Below, one piece after another: positions 1 to 7,988 of a stretch of 64,000 bases of DNA. The stretch is from Longimicrobiales bacterium. Lineage in GTDB: Bacteria; Gemmatimonadota; Gemmatimonadetes; Longimicrobiales; Gaopeijiaceae. Location: contig CBDAON010000004.1 in assembly GCA_965198065.1 (NCBI GenBank), positions 1,280,001 to 1,344,000 on the forward strand, given 5' to 3'. The notes below the pieces were generated by a model, which saw only the letters and a list, made by a program, of their open reading frames with translations, made no database searches and was not told the origin of the DNA. The translations under genes and the position numbers were made by a program. The stretch's first letter is position 1. Each line of letters starts with the position of its first letter.

Positions 1-801
1 TGAGATCGTCCGATCGACCTGGTCGGCTTCGACGACCGCGTGCGCCGCGACCCATGCTTCCCTGTCCAGCACATCCACGATTGTCGGGCCCGTGATGCCG
101 GGTAACACCTTGCGAACCTCATCCAGCCGATCTCGCGGCACGTTGGCCATCAGGTAGCGGTGGCGCTTCGCGCGGAGCACCGACTCAAGGGCGGTCACGA
201 GCCGCTCTCCGCTGCGCTGGGCGCCGCCGCCATTCCAGGCCGCGCGATTCGCGATGAGGCGGGCGGACGAATCGAGAACGGTCCCGACCTCCTTGAGCCC
301 GTTCACGCGCAGGGTCGAGCCCGTCGAGGCCAGGTCCACGATCACGTCGGCCACCCCCAGGTGAGGCGCGATCTCGGCCGCGCCCGATACAGGTACGAGC
401 TGGATCCCGATCCCGAGCGACTCGAAGTGCCGGCGGGCCAGGTTGGGGAAGGAGGTGGCCACGCGGCTTCCCTCTTCCAGCTTTGCCGGATCGTCCACGG
501 GCGACTCCTCCCGGACGGCGATCACGAGGCGACACTTCCCGAATCCCAGGTCGAGGAGCTCGAAGACCTCGTCCCGTCCGGACTCCTCTACGAGGTCCCG
601 GCCGGTGATCCCGAACTCGGCCGCTCCATCCGCGACGAACTCGGGAACGTCCTGCGCGCGGACGAAGATGGCCTGAAACTCCGAGCCGAGTCGGGCCAGG
701 AGGGATCGGTCGGCCCTGAACTCGGGCTTGAGCCCGGCTTCGTCGAACAGCTCGAGCGCGCTGTTCGAGAGGCGGCCCTTGTTCGGTATCGCGATTCTCA
801 T
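1..801 (-). CDS. hisG: ATP phosphoribosyltransferase (3' end runs off the window start)
   Basis: Manual minus-strand translation from ATG 801 gives MRIAIPNKGRLSNSALELFDEAGLK...VRAQDVPEFVADGAAEFGITGRDLVEES, a typical HisG N-terminus. GGAG RBS at 807-810. Missing from the ORF track because the stop lies outside the window. Confidence 0.95.
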   Translation of the reverse strand, partial: MRIAIPNKGRLSNSALELFDEAGLKPEFRADRSLLARLGSEFQAIFVRAQDVPEFVADGAAEFGITGRDLVEESGRDEVFELLDLGFGKCRLVIAVREESPVDDPAKLEEGSRVATSFPNLARRHFESLGIGIQLVPVSGAAEIAPHLGVADVIVDLASTGSTLRVNGLKEVGTVLDSSARLIANRAAWNGGGAQRSGERLVTALESVLRAKRHRYLMANVPRDRLDEVRKVLPGITGPTIVDVLDREAWVAAHAVVEADQVDRTIS

Positions 802-823
802 CCGTGCTCCACCGTCCGCGTGT

Positions 824-858
824 AAAAAAAAGCGGCCCGTCCGGTTGGGACGGGCCGC
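824..858 (-). terminator. Attenuator terminator hairpin upstream of hisG
   Basis: Minus strand GCGGCCCGTCC-CAACC-GGACGGGCCGC-TTTTTTTT: perfect 11-bp stem plus U8, lying between the leader peptide and hisG. Confidence 0.92.
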
Positions 859-879
859 GGGGTTCGGTCGCGCTCGGTT

Positions 880-963
880 TCAGGGGCGCACGCCGACCTC
901 CACCCGTCCCGTCCGGGACCGGCGATGATGGTCGTGATAGTGGTGCGCCACGTACCGGTGCAT
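880..963 (-). CDS. hisL: His operon leader peptide (27 aa, 6 His)
   Basis: MHRYVAHHYHDHHRRSRTGRVEVGVRP*, directly upstream of the terminator and hisG. Confidence 0.88.
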   Translation of the reverse strand: MHRYVAHHYHDHHRRSRTGRVEVGVRP

Positions 964-970
964 GGCGAGG

Positions 971-999
971 AAGCTACCGGCGCGGGGAGGCGCGGTCAA
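971..999 (-). promoter_or_regulatory. Sigma70-type promoter of the his leader (probably leaderless)
   Basis: TTGACC-N17-TAGCTT on the minus strand, 7 nt before the leader ATG; no SD sequence. Confidence 0.65.
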
Positions 1000-1376
1000 A
1001 CGGCGAGGCGCGACCCCGTGTAGCGCGAACTCCGATGGCGACGCCCCGGAAACGAGGCCGGCCGGGCGGCGAAGCCAACCAACGGTGGTGCGGGACCCGT
1101 CCGTCCCGGCCCTTGGCTGCCCCCGGGCGCCGGCTCTACGTTTCATCCCGCGTTCCGACCGCCCTGTCGGTCGGCCGACGTAAGCGTAAGTGCCCACGCC
1201 ACTGGCCTTGCCGGATGAGCGTCGAGTACCGAGACGAGCGATGCGCTGCCGGGCTACGGCGAGGAGGAGTGACGAACGATCAACTGCACATCCGCCACAC
1301 GCCCAACGGCGTGTGGAACATGACGTGGGTGAGCGCGGGCCACCACACCTGTGCGAAGCATCCGTTAGTGCACTGA

Positions 1377-3722
1377 ATGGGCGCTGAATCTCCCACTGCG
1401 GGGCGCGACTTCGTCCGGCAGATCATCGACAGGGACCTGGAGACCGGGGCGACCGAGGGCAGGGTAATCACCCGCTTCCCTCCGGAGCCAAACGGCTTCC
1501 TCCATATCGGTCACGCTAAGTCGCTCGTCCTGAACTTCGGGCTGGCCCAGGATTACGCGGGGGCCCGCTGCCATCTCCGCTTCGACGACACGAACCCCGC
1601 CACGGAGGACCTCCGGTACGTCCGGGCGATCGAGGAGGACGTCCGTTGGCTGGGATACGAGTGGAGCGAGCACCTGTACTTTGCCTCGGACTACTTCGAG
1701 GAGATGTACGGTTTTGCCGAGGAGCTGATCCAGAAGGGGCTCGCCTATGTGGACTCTCAGAGCGAGGAGGCGATCCGGGAGCAGCGGGGCACCGTGACCG
1801 AGCCCGGGCGGGCGAGCCCGCATCGGGAGCGCGCCGTGGAAGAAAGTCTCCGGCTGTTTCGGGAGATGAGGGAGGGAGAGCACGGCGACGGGGAGCACGT
1901 CCTTCGGGCGAAGATCGACATGGGATCGGCCAACATGCTCATGCGCGACCCCGTTCTCTATCGGATTCGCCACGCGGATCACTATCGGACCGGGGGGAGT
2001 TGGTGCATCTATCCCCTCTACGACTATGCCCATCCGCTCGAGGACGCCCTCGAGGGTATCACGCACTCGCTCTGCACGCTCGAGTTCGCCAACAACCGGG
2101 AGCTTTACGACTGGGTGGTCGAGAACGTGAGCGTCCCGCACCGGCCGCGTCAGTATGAGTTTGCGCGCCTGAGTCTCGACTACACGGTCATGAGCAAGCG
2201 CCGCTTTCTGCGGCTGGTCGAGGAGGGCGACGTCGCGGGGTGGGACGACCCACGAATGCCGACGCTGGCGGGCCTCCGGAGGCGCGGCGTCACTCCGGAG
2301 GCGATCCGGGGATTCTGCGAGATGGTCGGAGTCGGGCGCTCGGACTCGCGGGTGGACATCGCGAAGCTCGAGTACGCGATCCGGGACGACCTGAACCGTA
2401 GGGCTCCGCGTGTCCTCGCCGTGCTTCGCCCCCTTAAGGTCACGGTGATCGGGTGGCCCAAGGCCAGGGTGGACGCCTGTGACGCTCCGTATTTCCCTCA
2501 CGATGTTCCAGGGGAGGGCAGCCGGCCCCTCCCGTTCAGCGGCGAGATCTACATCGATCGGGACGACTTCGCCGAGAACCCGCCCCCGGGGTTCCGGAGG
2601 CTCGTGCCCGGGGGAGAGGTGCGGCTCCGGTACGCGTACGTCATCCGCTGCGAGGAGGTGGTGAAGAACGAGGCGGGCAAGGTGGTCGAGCTCCGGTGCA
2701 CCTACGATCCCGAAACGTGGGGACGGAACCCGCCCGACGGCCGATCCGTGAAGGGGACCATCCAATGGGTATCCGCGGCCCACGCAGTGCCGTGCGATGT
2801 CCACCTCTACGATCGCCTCTTTACCGTGCCCGATCCCGAGGCCGAGGCGATCGAGAGGGGAGGCGACTCGACGTTTCGGGACTTCCTGAACCCTGCGTCC
2901 CTCGAGGTCGTCGAGGGCGCGCTGGTGGAGCCGTCGATCGCGGGGGATCCCGGGGATACGCGCTACCAGTTCGAGCGGGTCGGTTACTTCTGGCGGGATC
3001 CTGTGGACGGCCGCGGTGACCGACCCGTGTTCAACCGGATCGTAACGCTCCGGGACACGTGGGCTAGAGTGAAGGCCGGCGGCGTTAAGCGCGGTCCGCG
3101 TGCGCGCCCCGAGGCTCCGGCGGAGAGGCGGTCCGACGGGGACGGCGCTCGGCGCGCGCCCGTGGCGCGGGAACGGGCGGCCGAGCTTCAGGCACGGTTT
3201 GGCCTGGACCCTGCCGATGCGGAGATCCTGGCCAGAGACGCGTCCACGAGTGCCTTCTTCCTGGCCGCCGTGGACGCCTCCTCGGACGCGGGTGCCGAGG
3301 ACAACTACCGGTCGGCGGCCCTCGTTGCGAACTGGATGATCAACGTCCTTCCGTCGGTAGCCGGTGGGCGAGAGCTCGCGGAGCTTCCCATGCGACCCCC
3401 CGAGTTCGCTGCGCTCGTCTCGCTGGTGGAGGAGGGGGTGGTCTCCAGACGGGCGGGGGCAGCGGTTCTAGAAGCCATGGCGCGCGACGGCGGGAACCCG
3501 CGGGAGATCGTCGAGCGGCTGAACCTCCGACAGGTGAGCGACGCCGAGTCCCTGATCCCCATCGTGAAAGAGGTGGTCGGGGGCTACCCCGACAAAGTGG
3601 AGGAATACCGTGCCGGAAAGGTGGAGCTCGTGGGGTTCTTCATGGGCCAGGTCATGCGGCGCTCGGGCGGCCGTGCGGACCCGGGCGTGGTGAGGCGGCT
3701 CCTGGACGAAGCGTTGCGGTAG
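1377..3722 (+). CDS. glnS: Glutamine--tRNA ligase with C-terminal GatB/YqeY domain
   Basis: RFPPEPNGFLHIGH (HIGH) and VMSKR (KMSKS-like) motifs, YQFERVGYF; C-terminal GKVELVGFFMGQVMRRSGGRADP is YqeY/GatB-like. Confidence 0.95.
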   Translation: MGAESPTAGRDFVRQIIDRDLETGATEGRVITRFPPEPNGFLHIGHAKSLVLNFGLAQDYAGARCHLRFDDTNPATEDLRYVRAIEEDVRWLGYEWSEHLYFASDYFEEMYGFAEELIQKGLAYVDSQSEEAIREQRGTVTEPGRASPHRERAVEESLRLFREMREGEHGDGEHVLRAKIDMGSANMLMRDPVLYRIRHADHYRTGGSWCIYPLYDYAHPLEDALEGITHSLCTLEFANNRELYDWVVENVSVPHRPRQYEFARLSLDYTVMSKRRFLRLVEEGDVAGWDDPRMPTLAGLRRRGVTPEAIRGFCEMVGVGRSDSRVDIAKLEYAIRDDLNRRAPRVLAVLRPLKVTVIGWPKARVDACDAPYFPHDVPGEGSRPLPFSGEIYIDRDDFAENPPPGFRRLVPGGEVRLRYAYVIRCEEVVKNEAGKVVELRCTYDPETWGRNPPDGRSVKGTIQWVSAAHAVPCDVHLYDRLFTVPDPEAEAIERGGDSTFRDFLNPASLEVVEGALVEPSIAGDPGDTRYQFERVGYFWRDPVDGRGDRPVFNRIVTLRDTWARVKAGGVKRGPRARPEAPAERRSDGDGARRAPVARERAAELQARFGLDPADAEILARDASTSAFFLAAVDASSDAGAEDNYRSAALVANWMINVLPSVAGGRELAELPMRPPEFAALVSLVEEGVVSRRAGAAVLEAMARDGGNPREIVERLNLRQVSDAESLIPIVKEVVGGYPDKVEEYRAGKVELVGFFMGQVMRRSGGRADPGVVRRLLDEALR

Positions 3723-3857
3723 GGCAGAGGTCCCGGCGCGCTGCCCGGGCCCGACGGGCGAGCGCGGGGCCCTTCCGGACCCCGGTTTGGGCCCCAGGGT
3801 ACAGGCCATGCTGGAGACCGGTCCACGAACCGCCCCGTCCCGCGGGCCAGATTCCCC

Positions 3858-6785
3858 ATGGACACCCACATCCGAGTCCGCGGCGCCCGGCAGCACAACC
3901 TGAAGAACCTGGACCTGGACATCCCCCGCGGCACCCTCACGGTGATCACGGGCCCGTCTGGATCCGGCAAGTCCTCCCTGGCGCTCGACACGATCTTTGC
4001 GGAAGGGCAGAGGCGGTACGTCGAGTCGCTCTCCACCTACGCCAAGCAGTTCCTCGAGCGTATGGAGAAACCGGACGTCGACACGGTGGAGGGGATCTCC
4101 CCCGCCGTCGCCATCGAGCAGAAGAACCCCACGAAGACGAGCCGCTCCACGGTTGGGACAGCGACGGAGGTCTATGACTATCTCCGGCTTCTCTTCGCGC
4201 GAGTGGGATGGACGTTCTGCCCCCACTGCGGGCGCCGAGTGCTCCCCGACACGGTGAGCTCCGCCGTGGACCGGGTCTTCGCGCTTCCGGAGGGGACGCG
4301 GTTCATAGTGGCGTTCCCCCTTCGGCCGAGCGGACAGACATCCCACCGGGCCCTGGTCGAGAGCCTCAAGGCACTGGGTTTCGTTCGGCTGATCGCGGAC
4401 GGAGTGGCCGTCGATCTGGGCACCGCGTCGTCGGACGCCCCCGAGTCTGTGGGGCTGGACCTCGAGAACGTGGAGCTGTTGATCGTCGTTGTGGACCGCC
4501 TGAAGGTGGGGCCGGCCATTCGGGAGCGGCTTCAGGACTCGATCGGGACCGCGTTCCAGGAAGGCGAGGGAGAAGCGCTCGTGGTGCTCCACGAGGGCGG
4601 CGAGCCGACGGGCGACGGACTCGAGGAGGCCGCGAAGGCTGGTTCCGGGGAGGCCGCGAGGACTGGCCTCGGAGGGGCCACCCTCTCCTTCACCGAGCGC
4701 TTCCGCTGCCCGGACCACCTGACCGAGGAGTTCCCGGATCCCATGCCTCAGCTGTTCTCCTTCAACTCGCCGTACGGCTCGTGCCCGGAGTGCAGCGGAT
4801 TCGGGGCGACGCTCGAATACGACGAGGGCCTCATCGTGCCGAGCCCGACGAAATCCATGGAGGAAGGGGCGGTCGATCCCTGGACGATGCCGCGGTACCA
4901 CAGGGAGCGGGCGCGGCTACGGGCCTTTGCGGAGAAGCGCGGCGTCTCGGTTCACGCGCCCTGGGCGGAACTTCCCGATGACTTCCGGGAGGCCGTGATC
5001 CACGGGACGCCGAGGGGTAGGGGCCGACTCGCGGACGCCACCTTCCAGGGGGTCCTCCCCTTCCTGAGATCCCGGGAGAGGAAGCGCTACAAGCAGTACA
5101 TCCGCGTCTTCCTGCGCAGGTACCAGGCCCCCCGGGCCTGCAACAGCTGCGGGGGTGCCCGGGTGCGCCCGGGTGCGCTGAACGTTCGCGTGGCGGAGCG
5201 GACGATCGCGGACGTGTGCCGGATCCCTCTGGAGGAGCTCGGGCCGTGGCTCTCGAGCCTCGAGCTTCCCGATCAGGAGCGGGCGGTCGCCGAGACGATC
5301 CTGGAGGAGCTTCGTGCGAGGGTCTCGTTCCTCGCGGACGTGGGTCTCGGATACCTCACGCTGGACCGGCAGACCCGTTCTCTCTCCGGCGGCGAGGCTC
5401 AGCGCATCAGCCTCGCGAACTCGCTGGGCTCGAACCTGGTGGACACAATCTACGTCCTGGACGAGCCCTCCATCGGGATCCACCCGAGGGACACGGGAGC
5501 GCTCCTCGGGCTCCTCAGGCGCCTTCGGGGGCGAGGGAACACCGTTCTCGTGGTCGAGCACGATCCGCAGACGATTCGAGCGGCCGATCACGTGGTGGAG
5601 CTGGGGCCCGCGTCCGGGGAGCGCGGCGGAAACGTCGTCTTCGAGGGGAAGATCTCCGCGCTCCTCGAGGCCGACACGGCGACAGGGCGCTACCTTTCCG
5701 GAAAGGCCGCGATCCCGGTTCCGGCCCGGCGGCGCAAGACGAACGGCGCACGGCTCGGCGTTCGTGGAGCTCATCTCCACAACGTGTCCCAGGTGGACGT
5801 CGATCTCCCGCTCGGCACCCTGATCGCGGTGACGGGCGTCTCGGGCTCGGGGAAGTCCACCCTCGTCCACGACATCCTCTATCGGGCCATCGAGCGGGAA
5901 CTGGCGGGCGGCGAGACGTCCGCGAAAAAGCATCTCGGGGAGCCGGTCGGCCAGGTTCGGGCCATCACGGGGCTCGACCACCTGGAGGGGGTCGTCCTCG
6001 TGGACCAGTCTCCGATCGGCCGGACCCCGCGCTCGAACCCCGTCACCTACATCGGCGGCTGGGACGAGGTCCGGCGGATCTTCGCGGCCCAGCTCCTCTC
6101 GCAGGAGCGCGGCTACCAGGCTCGCCACTTCTCCTTCAACGTTCCGGGCGGACGCTGTGAGGCGTGCAAGGGCGCCGGGAGGGTCGAAGTGGAGATGGTG
6201 TTTATGGCCGACGTGTTCGGCCCGTGCGACGTGTGCGGGGGCCGGAGGTTCCGATCCGAGGTGCTCGAGGTCGAGGTGGGCGGGAGGCCCGTCGACGAGG
6301 TGCTCGAGCTCACCGTGGACGAGGCCATCCGGTTTTTCTACCGGGAGAGGCGACTCGGCGAAGCCCTCTGGCACCTCCAGCAGGTCGGGCTCGGGTACCT
6401 GCGGCTGGGCCAGCCGGCCACCACGCTTTCCGGGGGCGAGGCGCAGCGCCTAAAGATCGCCCGCGAACTCGCGGGGGCCGGGGGCCGACAGGGCCGCCGT
6501 ATGTACATCCTGGATGAGCCCACCACCGGATTGGCGGGTGCGGACGTCGGACGGCTCCTGGACGTGCTCCAGCAGCTCGTGAGCGTGGGCAACACCGTCC
6601 TCGTGATCGAGCACAACCTCGACGTCGTGAAGTGCGCGGATTGGGTGGTGGACATGGGGCCTGGAGCGGGGAGCCGGGGGGGCCGGATCGTGGCCGCGGG
6701 TCCCCCCGAGGCGGTCTCTACGACCCCGGGATCGGTGACCGGCCGCTTTCTCCGGGAGGTCCTCCCCGCTGCGGTCGGCGTGTGA
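3858..6785 (+). CDS. uvrA: Excinuclease ABC subunit A
   Basis: GARQHNLKN, two Walker A motifs (GPSGSGKS, GVSGSGKS), two LSGGEAQR signatures, Zn-finger CxxC pairs. Confidence 0.96.
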   Translation: MDTHIRVRGARQHNLKNLDLDIPRGTLTVITGPSGSGKSSLALDTIFAEGQRRYVESLSTYAKQFLERMEKPDVDTVEGISPAVAIEQKNPTKTSRSTVGTATEVYDYLRLLFARVGWTFCPHCGRRVLPDTVSSAVDRVFALPEGTRFIVAFPLRPSGQTSHRALVESLKALGFVRLIADGVAVDLGTASSDAPESVGLDLENVELLIVVVDRLKVGPAIRERLQDSIGTAFQEGEGEALVVLHEGGEPTGDGLEEAAKAGSGEAARTGLGGATLSFTERFRCPDHLTEEFPDPMPQLFSFNSPYGSCPECSGFGATLEYDEGLIVPSPTKSMEEGAVDPWTMPRYHRERARLRAFAEKRGVSVHAPWAELPDDFREAVIHGTPRGRGRLADATFQGVLPFLRSRERKRYKQYIRVFLRRYQAPRACNSCGGARVRPGALNVRVAERTIADVCRIPLEELGPWLSSLELPDQERAVAETILEELRARVSFLADVGLGYLTLDRQTRSLSGGEAQRISLANSLGSNLVDTIYVLDEPSIGIHPRDTGALLGLLRRLRGRGNTVLVVEHDPQTIRAADHVVELGPASGERGGNVVFEGKISALLEADTATGRYLSGKAAIPVPARRRKTNGARLGVRGAHLHNVSQVDVDLPLGTLIAVTGVSGSGKSTLVHDILYRAIERELAGGETSAKKHLGEPVGQVRAITGLDHLEGVVLVDQSPIGRTPRSNPVTYIGGWDEVRRIFAAQLLSQERGYQARHFSFNVPGGRCEACKGAGRVEVEMVFMADVFGPCDVCGGRRFRSEVLEVEVGGRPVDEVLELTVDEAIRFFYRERRLGEALWHLQQVGLGYLRLGQPATTLSGGEAQRLKIARELAGAGGRQGRRMYILDEPTTGLAGADVGRLLDVLQQLVSVGNTVLVIEHNLDVVKCADWVVDMGPGAGSRGGRIVAAGPPEAVSTTPGSVTGRFLREVLPAAVGV

Positions 6786-6808
6786 GCGGGACCGGGCAAA
6801 GACGGGGG

Positions 6809-6837
6809 TGGACAGTCCCCGAGGGGCCGAATAGAAT
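6809..6837 (+). promoter_or_regulatory. Putative sigma70 promoter downstream of uvrA
   Basis: TGGACA-N17-TAGAAT. Confidence 0.5.
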
Positions 6838-6932
6838 ACGCAGCGTTCGGGGGCCCGATCGGGCTCCGGCGGTACGTGGATCGATCACTCTAGGGCTCGG
6901 CCTCCCGGCGCGGAGGCTGGCGGGCTGGCCGC

Positions 6933-6969
6933 GACTGCGTCGGGTGATCCGTCCCGATGCGGTCTTTTT
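6933..6969 (+). terminator. Intrinsic terminator-like hairpin
   Basis: GACTGCGTCGGG-tgatccgt-CCCGATGCGGTC-TTTTT (12-bp stem including two G-U pairs). Confidence 0.7.
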
Positions 6970-7022
6970 GCTTCGGGGCTTGGCAGGTCGCTGAAGAGGC
7001 ACAGGGGGTCGCGCACCGACTG

Positions 7023-7988
7023 ATGATTGCTGTCGAAGGGGTCACCAAGCGGTTCAACGGCCTCGTAGCCGTCGAGAACGTCAGCTTCGAGATCGGAAGC
7101 GGCGAGGTGGTGGGATTCCTGGGCCCGAACGGGGCGGGGAAGACCACGACGATGAGGATGCTCACCGGAACTCTTCAGCCGGATGAAGGGAGCATCCTCT
7201 ACGACGGCAGCTCGATCGATGACGCGCTCATCGAGTCCAAACAGCGGGTGGGCTACCTGCCGGAGGCGAATCCTCTCTACGAGGAAATGCTCGTCTCAGA
7301 GTACATCGAGTTCGCGGGTAGGCTTCGCGACCTAAGGGGTAGCGCCCTCCAGGACCGCCTCCGCGACGCGGTGGACGAGACCGGCATCGGCGAGGTGTTC
7401 TTCCGCCCCATCTCGGAGATCTCCAAAGGGTACCGGCAGCGCGTCGGGCTGGCGGCCGCGATCCTGCACCGTCCGGAGATACTCGTGCTGGACGAGCCCA
7501 CCGAGGGGCTGGATCCGAACCAGCGGGTTGAGATCCGGCGGTTGGTGAGCTCCCTGGGTCGCGAACGGACGGTCCTTCTCAGCACCCACGTCATGCAGGA
7601 GGTCGAGGCGACGTGCAGCCGGCTTCTGATCATCCACCGCGGCCGGCTCGTGGCCGATGGCAGCGTGGGCGACCTCCTGGCCACCAGGAAGGGCTTTGCG
7701 GCGTACGTCGTCGAGGCCGAGGGACAGGACGTCGCGCCGGCCCTCGCCGAGCTCCCGGGCGTGGAGTCCTACGAGGAGGAGAGGGTCGAGGGCCGTAGCC
7801 GAATTCGCGTGATGGTTTCCGGGGATGAGGAGCTCCGGCCCCGCATATTTCGCCTCGCCTCCGAGCGCGGCTGGATCCTGTGGGAGCTCCACCGTGAGCG
7901 AGCCAGCCTGGAGCAGCTCTTCCACGAGATCACGGCTGAGGGGGGCGGCGACGGGAACGCAGGCTCCGAGGTGGAGGAGGACCGATGA
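7023..7988 (+). CDS. ABC transporter ATP-binding protein (GldA-like)
   Basis: GPNGAGKTT, ISKGYRQRVGLA, LDEPTEGLDP; start placed at MIAVEGVTKRF. Confidence 0.9.
   Translation: MIAVEGVTKRFNGLVAVENVSFEIGSGEVVGFLGPNGAGKTTTMRMLTGTLQPDEGSILYDGSSIDDALIESKQRVGYLPEANPLYEEMLVSEYIEFAGRLRDLRGSALQDRLRDAVDETGIGEVFFRPISEISKGYRQRVGLAAAILHRPEILVLDEPTEGLDPNQRVEIRRLVSSLGRERTVLLSTHVMQEVEATCSRLLIIHRGRLVADGSVGDLLATRKGFAAYVVEAEGQDVAPALAELPGVESYEEERVEGRSRIRVMVSGDEELRPRIFRLASERGWILWELHRERASLEQLFHEITAEGGGDGNAGSEVEEDR

Noticed and set aside
160..825. Plus-strand 221-aa ORF and the many other long antisense or alternate-frame ORFs (e.g. 1365-2804, 15782-17653, 23532-25700, 50063-51598)
   Set aside because: Shadow ORFs of high-GC coding DNA overlapping well-supported genes.
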